A stretch of 39,111 nucleotides of DNA from a virus. Below the pieces are notes generated by a model that saw nothing but the letters and a program-made list of their open reading frames with translations, was not told the DNA's origin and searched no databases. The position numbers were made by a program, and so were the translations under genes. The stretch is taken from positions 1 through 39,111 of the IMG/VR virus record IMGVR_UViG_3300045988_061229. The stretch is one strand, 5' to 3'. Every line of letters begins with the position of its first letter. The first letter of the stretch is position 1. Below, piece after piece: positions 32,231 through 39,034 of the stretch.

Positions 32231-32591
32231 GGAGTGCAATATGTACAACTTTAGCATGCTAAAATCCGGGGGGCAGCTCCTAACGTTGCTTCGTCGCATT
32301 TCACAAAAGGCGGTGCGGCATAATCTTCAATCCAAATGTCATGCCCTCTGCGGGCGCAGCTCGAGGACGCAGAACACGCCGCGAAAATTCTTTTGATGGA
32401 GGAGAAGTGACATGAAGAAAACCTACGCCGAACGCGCACGCGAACATGTGGCGGAGACGCGGAACGCGCTGCAAACCTTTTTGACGAGCTGAATCATGGT
32501 CAGCAGAAGAAAATCCAGCATCAAGGAGATCACCGGCGAGAAATACGCTGCTGATAAATAAATTTTGAACAAAGAAAAGGAGAACAAAACT

Positions 32592-32849
32592 ATGGCTACT
32601 ACTCGTATCGCATCCGACGGCAAGCCCATCAAAGTCACCGATACCCCCGCGGGCCTGAGCGAAAACTCGGGCGTCAAGAACAGCATCGTGCAGCCCGTTA
32701 TGGCGCGCGACCTTTCCCGCGCCGGCACGGAGATCTATGTCGCCCCCTGCTACAAGCTCACCTACGACGAGGACGGCTACTGCGTCAAGATGACGACCTG
32801 CGCCATCCCCGAGGACATCGCGGAAAAGCTCGCGGAGCTGAACAAGTAA
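32592..32849 (+). CDS. hypothetical protein (85 aa)
   Basis: Trimmed to the ATG at 32592, with an AAAGGAG RBS. Confidence 0.55.
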   Translation: MATTRIASDGKPIKVTDTPAGLSENSGVKNSIVQPVMARDLSRAGTEIYVAPCYKLTYDEDGYCVKMTTCAIPEDIAEKLAELNK

Positions 32850-32872
32850 AAAAAGCCGCCCGGGTGGTCGGC
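32848..32872 (-). terminator. minus-strand intrinsic terminator (candidate 3' end of the antisense RNA)
   Basis: On the minus strand: GCCGACC/GGGCGGC stem (one mismatch), ACCC loop, then TTTTTTT. The plus strand has no U-tract. Confidence 0.5.
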
Positions 32873-32875
32873 AAA

Positions 32876-32905
32876 TTGACAAAGCGCGGCAGACTGTGCT
32901 ATAAT
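32876..32905 (+). promoter_or_regulatory. near-consensus sigma-A promoter for the toxin mRNA
   Basis: TTGACA, 18 nt, TGcTATAAT (extended -10). Confidence 0.6.
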
Positions 32906-32959
32906 TCGCCTGCCGGTAAGAACGGCAAGGTTGTCCACTTCCTGCAAAGGGGGTGCGCG

Positions 32960-33049
32960 ATGGTTACATACGCTGATATGTTCACATATTCGCTTGTGCT
33001 CATCGGTCTTGCGTCTCTGATCTTTACGGTCACAAGACATAAGAAATAA
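32960..33049 (+). CDS. holin-like toxin family peptide (29 aa)
   Basis: MVTYADMFTYSLVLIGLASLIFTVTRHKK. Single TM helix with a basic tail. AAGGGGGTG RBS. Below the track cutoff. Confidence 0.6.
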   Translation: MVTYADMFTYSLVLIGLASLIFTVTRHKK

Positions 33050-33143
33050 CCGCCCACCATAGCGGTAAGCGGCGTTTCCTTCGAGCTATAAACTCACTGA
33101 GGGACGACCGCCACCAGCAATGGCAGCCGTTCTTACTGGCCTA

Positions 33144-33173
33144 AATATAGCACACCTAAAGCCGCTTTGTCAA
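33144..33173 (-). promoter_or_regulatory. near-consensus sigma-A promoter, leftward (antisense RNA)
   Basis: On the minus strand: TTGACA, 18 nt, TGcTATATT. Its -35 is embedded in the plus-strand terminator hairpin. Confidence 0.55.
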
Positions 33174-33194
33174 GCAAGACAAGGCGGCTTTTTT
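33161..33194 (+). terminator. rho-independent terminator of the toxin mRNA
   Basis: 11-bp stem GCCGCTTTGTC/GACAAGGCGGC, followed by TTTTTT. Confidence 0.75.
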
Positions 33195-33222
33195 CGCGCC
33201 GCCGGAAAGAGAGACAACGCCT

Positions 33223-33528
33223 ATGGAAAGTTTATCAAAATTGGCGGCGCTGTGCTCGGAGGTGACGGTCATCCTCGCGGCGGTCGCCATGCTCGTCAAG
33301 CCGCTGCGCAACAAGCTGCTTGGACTGGACAAGCTGACCGACGCGCTCAAATGCCAGCTCCGGCACGATATGCTGCACACCTACTACCGCCACAGGGAGG
33401 ACCGCACCATCCGGCAGTACGAGCTGGAGGATTTTCTCTATCTCTACCGCGGGTACAAGGCCCTCGGCGGAAACAGTTTCATTGACCGCATCAAAAGCGA
33501 GATCGACGAGTGGGAGGTAATGTCATGA
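33223..33528 (+). CDS. single-pass membrane protein, lysis-module associated
   Basis: N-terminal TM helix (LAALCSEVTVILAAVAMLV). ATGA coupling to the next gene. Confidence 0.55.
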   Translation: MESLSKLAALCSEVTVILAAVAMLVKPLRNKLLGLDKLTDALKCQLRHDMLHTYYRHREDRTIRQYELEDFLYLYRGYKALGGNSFIDRIKSEIDEWEVMS

Positions 33529-34232
33529 AAGACGTCAAGGGCTCAACCTCGGAGGAAATCCGCATGATAAAGGCCATCCAGCGCGCCGTTGGGGCGCTTG
33601 ACAACGGCTGGATCGGCAACCAGACCTTGAGCGACATCGCCGCCAAGCTCGGCGCGGACTGCTGGCCCCTTAACGTCGAACTGTACGGCCAGCCCTGCAT
33701 CCTCGCGCGGGACATCGAGCCTGTCAACATGAGCGGGCCGCTGCCGAAGAATGCGATCTCGGGGGGCTTTTCTTGGCAGGGTCAGCCGTGCAGCATTCTT
33801 GTGCGCGGCGGCAAGGTCGTGCGCGGCATGAGCTGTCACTACCCGACGCCCGAGAGCGTGCTCTACAAGATCCCGGGCGGCGCGGTGCGCATCGCCCGCG
33901 TGTCCTCGGCGGCGGCGCTGGGCGGCGTCGTGTGGGCGGTCGGTGGTATGGGATTGCTCGGCAATTATAACCCTGCCGCAGAGGGCTTCACAGGGGCGTT
34001 CAGCGACGTGCTGCGCAAAACCAACCACACCGTCCTCGGCTGCAAGGGCGGGCTGCTCTACGGCGTCTACTGCCGCAGCATGACCGCGCAGCAGGTCAAC
34101 GCCTTTTGTCGGGACAAGCTCAAGCTCACCCACGCCGTCATGCTCGACGGCGGGCACGTCGCCGCCATCCACGGCGCGTGTAACAAAATCAACACACAAA
34201 CGCGGCAATTCTATGCCGTTCGGTTTTTGTAA
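33525..34232 (+). CDS. putative cell-wall hydrolase (PG-binding-like N-terminus, phosphodiester-glycosidase-like C-terminus)
   Basis: Trimmed to the ATG at 33525. The IKAIQRAVGALDNGWIGNQTLSDI and ...AVMLDGGH patterns support a tentative family call. Confidence 0.4.
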   Translation: MKDVKGSTSEEIRMIKAIQRAVGALDNGWIGNQTLSDIAAKLGADCWPLNVELYGQPCILARDIEPVNMSGPLPKNAISGGFSWQGQPCSILVRGGKVVRGMSCHYPTPESVLYKIPGGAVRIARVSSAAALGGVVWAVGGMGLLGNYNPAAEGFTGAFSDVLRKTNHTVLGCKGGLLYGVYCRSMTAQQVNAFCRDKLKLTHAVMLDGGHVAAIHGACNKINTQTRQFYAVRFL

Positions 34233-34243
34233 AGGAGGCAAAA

Positions 34244-34432
34244 ATGCAAAATCGACTTGCAAACCTTCTCACGGTCAAGAGCATCGTGACCATCGCGCTC
34301 ACGGCGGTTTTCTCGGTGCTTGCCTTGCGCGGCAGCATCAGCGGGACGGAGTTTTTGACGATCTTCACGACCATCATCGCCTTCTACTTCGGCACCCAGA
34401 CCGAAAAGAAGAAAAATGAAGAGGTTTCTTGA
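34244..34432 (+). CDS. holin (two TM helices, charged C-terminus)
   Basis: 62 aa. AAGGAGG RBS. KKKNEE tail. Lies between two wall hydrolase genes. Confidence 0.6.
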   Translation: MQNRLANLLTVKSIVTIALTAVFSVLALRGSISGTEFLTIFTTIIAFYFGTQTEKKKNEEVS

Positions 34433-35078
34433 GACCTTGACCGCGTGGGAGGGCGCGGTGCGCGGCGACGCGGTGCACAAGAGCATTGTGGACGCCTACA
34501 ACAGCTACCTCCCGCATCCGCGCGGCTACAAGCTCACCTACACCGACGACTACTGCGCGGCGACCGTCAGCGCGGCGGCGATCCTCTGCGGCCTGACAGA
34601 GGTCATTCCCATCGAGTGCAGCTGCGGCGAGCAGATGCGGTGGTATCAGGCGCGCGGCCAATGGATCGAGGACGACGCGCACATCCCAACGGTCGGCGAG
34701 CAGGTGTTTTACCACTGGAACGACCGCAAGGACTACGCCCTCACGGACTGCACGGGCGCGCCCAACCACACGGGCATCGTGACCGCCTGCGACGGGCAGA
34801 GCTTCACGGTGTTCGAGGGGAACAAGGGCAAAACCCATGAGTGCGCGTACCGCGTCATCCCCGTCAACGGGTGCTATATCCGCGGCTTTGGCGTGCCGAA
34901 ATATCCAGCGGACAAGACCGTGCTTGTGCGCGGCGACAAGGGCGAGGCGGTCGGGAAGCTGCAAGAGTTCCTAAACGCCTGCGGCTACGCGCTGGATGTG
35001 GACAACTCGTTCGGCCCCGCGACGCAAAGGGCGTGGGGGGAATATGTTTACGCATACCTCGGAAAAATTCTAAAATAA
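34416..35078 (+). CDS. CHAP/NlpC-P60-type amidase endolysin with C-terminal PG_binding_1 domain
   Basis: DDYCAATVSAAA (Cys) and NHTGIVTACDGQSFTVFEGN (His) motifs. C-terminal LVRGDKGEAVGKLQEFLNACGY..DNSFGPATQRA. Confidence 0.7.
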   Translation: MKRFLETLTAWEGAVRGDAVHKSIVDAYNSYLPHPRGYKLTYTDDYCAATVSAAAILCGLTEVIPIECSCGEQMRWYQARGQWIEDDAHIPTVGEQVFYHWNDRKDYALTDCTGAPNHTGIVTACDGQSFTVFEGNKGKTHECAYRVIPVNGCYIRGFGVPKYPADKTVLVRGDKGEAVGKLQEFLNACGYALDVDNSFGPATQRAWGEYVYAYLGKILK

Positions 35079-35145
35079 CGAAAGGAAAACGGGCGGGAGG
35101 CATGCCTCCCCTCGCGTGAGCGCTCTGCAAGCCCCGGCGCACAGC

Positions 35146-35382
35146 ATGGACAAGCAGCACCGAGCGATCCGCGCAAAATTATCCTCTATGGCCCCGCGGC
35201 GGGCCGTGGCATACATTCGGTCCTTTGAGCTTCCGCCCGACGAAATGGCGTGCCTCGTCGAGTGCGACGTGCGGGGCCGCTCCTGCGTACAGGTGGCATT
35301 TGAAATGAACCTGTCGCCGGATACGGTCAAAAAGTATCGCCGAAAGGCGTACCACAAAATCGCATCGGAAGTCTTTGAATAG
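35146..35382 (+). CDS. sigma-70 region-4-like HTH protein
   Basis: ELPPDEMACLVECDVRGRSCVQVAFEMNLSPDTVKKYRRKAYHKI. The start is uncertain (GTG 35116 or ATG 35146) and there is no clear RBS. Confidence 0.5.
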   Translation: MDKQHRAIRAKLSSMAPRRAVAYIRSFELPPDEMACLVECDVRGRSCVQVAFEMNLSPDTVKKYRRKAYHKIASEVFE

Positions 35383-35420
35383 GAAAAGAGCTTCACCAAA
35401 CGGTGAGGCTCTTTTCCTTT
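35382..35420 (+). terminator. rho-independent terminator
   Basis: 16-bp stem GGAAAAGAGCTTCACC/GGTGAGGCTCTTTTC C (one G-T pair), followed by TTT. Confidence 0.7.
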
Positions 35421-35526
35421 ATGGGGGGGTATGAATGACGCATGGAGCACGTCGTGACAAAAATAGCATATTCCGTCAGAATCTGCAAGCGCAATCGTTC
35501 GACAAATTTCGCCGTACACTTTTCAT

Positions 35527-35562
35527 CCCCTTTTCCGGCACTTTGGGAAAGGGGTTTTCTTG
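35527..35562 (+). terminator. rho-independent terminator
   Basis: 10-bp stem CCCCTTTTCC/GGGAAAGGGG, followed by TTTTCTT. Confidence 0.6.
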
Positions 35563-35593
35563 TACCATAGGGGCAGAAAAGGAGGTGCGCTGT

Positions 35594-35716
35594 ATGTACG
35601 AACGGCTTTTGGCATTGGGATTCACCGAGCAGATGGCGAGGGATATTTTGGTGCTGTTCCCCGAGCCGGACGAGCTGCGCACCTATGTTTATTTCGCGGA
35701 GCTGCTGCATGTATAG
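35594..35716 (+). CDS. small hypothetical protein (40 aa)
   Basis: AAAAGGAGGTG RBS. MYERLLALGFTEQMARDILVLFPEPDELRTYVYFAELLHV. Confidence 0.5.
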   Translation: MYERLLALGFTEQMARDILVLFPEPDELRTYVYFAELLHV

Positions 35717-36089
35717 CTATTATAATCCGTCGCCTTATGGTAAGAACGTGGGCGACTGCACCGTCCGGGCGATCTCCAAAGCGACCGGGAAAGACTGGGG
35801 TGAAACGTATCTCGCGCTTGCCATACAAGGCTACTTAGACGGTGACATGCCGTCGGCCAATGCGACCTGGGGCGCGTATCTGCACTCCCTTGGCTATCGG
35901 CGATACATCGTTCCGGACTCCTGCCCGCTGTGCTATACCGTCGGGCAGTTTGCGGACGAGCATCCGGCAGGCACATATATTTTAGCCCTGTCCGGTCATG
36001 TGGTGTGCGTGCAGGACGGGACGATCTTTGATTCGTGGGACAGCAGCAATGAGACTGTGATTTATTTTTGGGTAAAGGAGACTGAATGA
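35709..36089 (+). CDS. hypothetical protein with a papain-like Cys/His pattern (126 aa)
   Basis: NVGDCTVRAIS ... GHVVCV ... DSWDS. Confidence 0.5.
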   Translation: MYSYYNPSPYGKNVGDCTVRAISKATGKDWGETYLALAIQGYLDGDMPSANATWGAYLHSLGYRRYIVPDSCPLCYTVGQFADEHPAGTYILALSGHVVCVQDGTIFDSWDSSNETVIYFWVKETE

Positions 36090-36090
36090 C

Positions 36091-36522
36091 ATGGCTTTTA
36101 ATCCGTACTATCAAAACCCTTATTATCCACAGCCGATGCCGGATAACCTTATGCAGATGCGGCAGCAGCAGATGATGCAGCCCGCTCCGCCTCCCGTGCC
36201 GCAAAATCCTGTCGCGACCGGCGGCGTGCAGTGGGTGAGCAGCGAGCAGGAAGCGAGAGGCTACCTGATCGCGCCCAACTCTGCCGTAGCGTTGTGGGAT
36301 TCCACCGCCCCCACCGTGTACCTCAAGCAGTCCGACGCAAGCGGCAAGCCAACGCTCAAGATTTATGACCTCGTAGAGCGCATAGAAACGGCCTCTAACG
36401 CGTCGCAAAAGCCGGGAGTGGAATTTGTCACACGCGAGGAATTCGACCGTCTGGCGGCGCTTGTGGGCGAAATAAAGGGCAAGAAGAAGCGCAAGATCGA
36501 GGAGGACGAGGACGATGAGTAA
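36091..36522 (+). CDS. hypothetical protein with Q/P-rich N-terminus and K/E/D-rich C-terminus
   Basis: 143-aa track ORF. AAGGAG RBS. Confidence 0.6.
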   Translation: MAFNPYYQNPYYPQPMPDNLMQMRQQQMMQPAPPPVPQNPVATGGVQWVSSEQEARGYLIAPNSAVALWDSTAPTVYLKQSDASGKPTLKIYDLVERIETASNASQKPGVEFVTREEFDRLAALVGEIKGKKKRKIEEDEDDE

Positions 36523-36733
36523 TCCCTTTATGACCGCGCTTGGCGGCGGGCAAATGCCCGGACCGGTAGGCCAGTTCCAGCGCATGATGCAGCAGTTCCA
36601 GCAATTCAAGGCAAATTTTCATGGCGACCCCAAAGCGGAGGTCGAAAAGCTTTTGCAGAGCGGTAAACTCAACCAGCAGCAACTCAATCAGCTACAGCAG
36701 ATGGCAAAGCAGTTTCAAAGCCTGATGCAGTAA
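36515..36733 (+). CDS. Q-rich hypothetical protein (72 aa)
   Basis: Track ORF. GAGGAGG RBS. Confidence 0.6.
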   Translation: MSNPFMTALGGGQMPGPVGQFQRMMQQFQQFKANFHGDPKAEVEKLLQSGKLNQQQLNQLQQMAKQFQSLMQ

Positions 36734-36746
36734 TCATCAACATAAA

Positions 36747-36785
36747 TCAACATCGTGGCCACGATTTGATGAATAAAAATTTTTC
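36747..36785 (+). terminator. terminator-like hairpin
   Basis: TCAA(C)ATCGTGG/CCACGATTTGA hairpin, followed by ATAAAAATTTTT. Confidence 0.4.
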
Positions 36786-36799
36786 AAAGGAGTGATACT

Positions 36800-37516
36800 A
36801 TGTCTCTTTCTGACGGCGGCGTTCAGGCCACTATGCCTGTTGCGCCCGTAAATTCCAGCAACGGCGGCTTCGGCTGGGGCGGAGAAGGCAGCTGGTTTAT
36901 TATTATCTTGTTCCTTTTCGCATTTCTTGGTTGGGGAAATGGCGGCTGGGGCAACAACGCTGGCAATTCCGGCGGCGTGGTCGACGGCTATGTGCTGACC
37001 TCTGATTTTGCCAATGTCGAGCGCAAGATCGACAGTGTAAATCAGGGCCTTTGCGACGGGTTTTACCAGCAGGCGCAGCTTGTCAACGGCACCAACATGG
37101 CGATGGCAAACGGCTTTGCACAGGCCGAGCTTTCCCGCAGCAACCAGCAGGCGGCGCTCATGCAGCAACTCAACGCCATGCAGATGCAGGCCGCTAATTG
37201 TTGCTGCGAAAACCGTGCAGCTATCGCCCAGGTGCGCTACGACATGGCGGCGCAGGCGTGCGACACGCGCAACACCGTGCAGAACGCCACGCGCGACATC
37301 ATTGACGCGAACAACCAGAACAGCCGCGCCATCCTCGACTTCCTGACGCAGAGCAAGCTCTCTGACCTCCAGGCCGAGAACCAGGGTTTGAAGCTGGCGG
37401 CAAGCCAGGCGGCGCAGAACAGCTATCTGGTCTCGCAGTTGCGCCCCTCTCCCATTCCGGCCTACACGGTGCAGAACCCCTATTGCTGCAACCAGTTTGC
37501 CTGTTGCGGCTGCTGA
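36800..37516 (+). CDS. membrane-anchored coiled-coil protein with G/W-rich N-terminus and Cys-rich C-terminus
   Basis: 238 aa. TM helix WFIIILFLFAFLGW flanked by GGFGWGG/GNGGWGNN. Internal CCC. C-terminal YCCNQFACCGC. Confidence 0.65.
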   Translation: MSLSDGGVQATMPVAPVNSSNGGFGWGGEGSWFIIILFLFAFLGWGNGGWGNNAGNSGGVVDGYVLTSDFANVERKIDSVNQGLCDGFYQQAQLVNGTNMAMANGFAQAELSRSNQQAALMQQLNAMQMQAANCCCENRAAIAQVRYDMAAQACDTRNTVQNATRDIIDANNQNSRAILDFLTQSKLSDLQAENQGLKLAASQAAQNSYLVSQLRPSPIPAYTVQNPYCCNQFACCGC

Positions 37517-37548
37517 CAACTGCATAGCATAGCTTTTTGTTGGCGATG

Positions 37549-37568
37549 TTTTGTTGACGTCAACAAAA
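37549..37568. promoter_or_regulatory. perfect 20-bp palindrome TTTTGTTGAC/GTCAACAAAA (candidate operator)
   Basis: Read directly from the sequence, in the intergenic region upstream of 37654. Confidence 0.4.
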
Positions 37569-37653
37569 TGTTCGGCCCCGTGCCGATACTGACAACAACG
37601 CGGCGGGGCTATTGCCTCGCCGCTGTATTTTAATTGCCTCGATTTCGAGGCAT

Positions 37654-38094
37654 ATGAAAGGACTGATTATTTTGGCAGAGTACACAAACGCGAATATTGT
37701 GAGCGTAGCCGCAGGCCAGAACGTTCCCTTGACCGAAACGGCGGTCAATAGCAAGCCCTGTATCGTGCATCGCCAGGGCGCGGGCATTGTCACGCTGCGC
37801 GGCATCACCAATCAAAACCGCGCTCTGTTTCGGGTCTCCTTTGGCGGCAACATCGCTATTCCCACCGGAGGCACGGTTGAGGCCATCACGGCGGCGCTTG
37901 CCATCAACGGAGAACCGCTGACCAGTGCAACGGCTACCGTCACGCCTGCGGCGGTAGAGAACTACTTTAACATTTATGTTTCCGCGCAGGTCTGCGTCCC
38001 GAAAGGTTGCTGCCTGACGGTCGCAATGGAAAACACCAGCACTCAGGCCGTCAACTTCGCCAACTCGAACCTGACGGTTGAGAGAATCGCGTGA
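37654..38094 (+). CDS. BclA-C-terminal-domain-like / C1q-TNF-like jelly-roll protein (tentative)
   Basis: Trimmed to the ATG at 37654. The beta-rich pattern ending NSNLTVERIA resembles BclA C-terminal domains. There is no collagen-like repeat. Confidence 0.35.
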   Translation: MKGLIILAEYTNANIVSVAAGQNVPLTETAVNSKPCIVHRQGAGIVTLRGITNQNRALFRVSFGGNIAIPTGGTVEAITAALAINGEPLTSATATVTPAAVENYFNIYVSAQVCVPKGCCLTVAMENTSTQAVNFANSNLTVERIA

Positions 38095-38107
38095 AAGGAG
38101 AATGGAC

Positions 38108-38551
38108 ATGAGTAAGAAAGCAATGTATGATCTGCGCAATATGCTTTGCGAAGAACTCGACGAGCTGGCGCGCAAGGGCGATCTGGGCGCGGGCGACCTT
38201 GAGATCGCGCACAAGCTGACCGACACCATCAAGAACATCGACAAGATCGAGATGATGGAGGACGACGGTTACTCTCGCGACGGAGACTATTCGCGTCGCT
38301 ATTTTCGTGATGGCGATTATTCCCGCGACGGTGATTATTCTCGCGGCGGCGACTGGCAGGCCGATATGCGCGGCACTTACGGGAGGGGCAGCTCCTATGC
38401 TCGCCGCGGCACGCATTACGTTCGCGGGCACTACAGCCGCGCCGACAGCATGGAGCACCTGCGCGAGCAGATCAACGACATGATGCGCGAGACGGACGAC
38501 GACCGCGTAAAGGAAGCGCTGCGGCGTGCCGCGAGCCTGATGGAGGAATAA
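38108..38551 (+). CDS. hypothetical protein with a DGDYSR repeat core
   Basis: AAGGAG RBS 8 nt before the ATG at 38108. DDGYSRDGDYSRRYFRDGDYSRDGDYSRGGDW. Confidence 0.6.
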   Translation: MSKKAMYDLRNMLCEELDELARKGDLGAGDLEIAHKLTDTIKNIDKIEMMEDDGYSRDGDYSRRYFRDGDYSRDGDYSRGGDWQADMRGTYGRGSSYARRGTHYVRGHYSRADSMEHLREQINDMMRETDDDRVKEALRRAASLMEE

Positions 38552-38566
38552 AGGGGGTGCAACCCC

Positions 38567-38902
38567 GTGGTAGACGAAAACGAGGTCAGGCTGTGGATAT
38601 CGCGGCTTGAGACGGAGGAATCGAGCTGGCCCAATTACCAGAAGCTGGCGGCGCTGTACATCATCCAAAATCAAAACGCGCCCAAAGAACCGGAAAGGCC
38701 GATGCTTTACTCGGCAGCTCCGGCGCCGGTCAAAGCCTATGCGTCTGAAAAAGTAGGCAGCTACGGCGACAGCGATTTTTTGCAGGCCGTCTCTGACATG
38801 GCTCCGGCAAGAGCGTGGGAGGTTATGGACGAGCTGATGGACAGCCTTAAAATCGTCAACGAGCGCGTGTACAACAGCGTCATGCGGAAACTCGAAGCAT
38901 AA
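38567..38902 (+). CDS. hypothetical protein (111 aa)
   Basis: AAGGGGGTG RBS before the GTG at 38567. Confidence 0.55.
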   Translation: MVDENEVRLWISRLETEESSWPNYQKLAALYIIQNQNAPKEPERPMLYSAAPAPVKAYASEKVGSYGDSDFLQAVSDMAPARAWEVMDELMDSLKIVNERVYNSVMRKLEA

Positions 38903-38906
38903 ATGG

Positions 38907-38926
38907 GTGTAACCATGAGTGTAACC
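38907..38926. repeat. tandem GTGTAACC x2, 12-bp spacing (putative integrase arm-type sites, right arm)
   Basis: GTGTAACC occurs at 38907-38914 and 38919-38926. Related to GAGAGTAAC x2 at 110-129. Confidence 0.4.
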
Positions 38927-39034
38927 CGAGAAAACTTTTCAGCACCTTTCGGCACTATTGCAATTATTATAATCTAAAAAGTGCTGATTTATTGCGATAA
39001 GTGTCGAAAAATCAAACTTCCGCGCTTGGGGTTC

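Larger units (their letters stand above)
32848..33137 (-). ncRNA. predicted cis-antisense RNA covering the holin-like toxin gene (candidate type I antitoxin)
   Basis: Bounded by the minus-strand promoter at 33144-33173 and the minus-strand terminator at 32848-32872. No ORF. Confidence 0.4.

Noticed and set aside
32301-32882. A 193-aa minus-strand ORF spanning 32301..32882.
   Set aside because: It lies antisense to an RBS-supported plus-strand gene and to fragmented plus-strand ORFs. It has shadow-frame composition.
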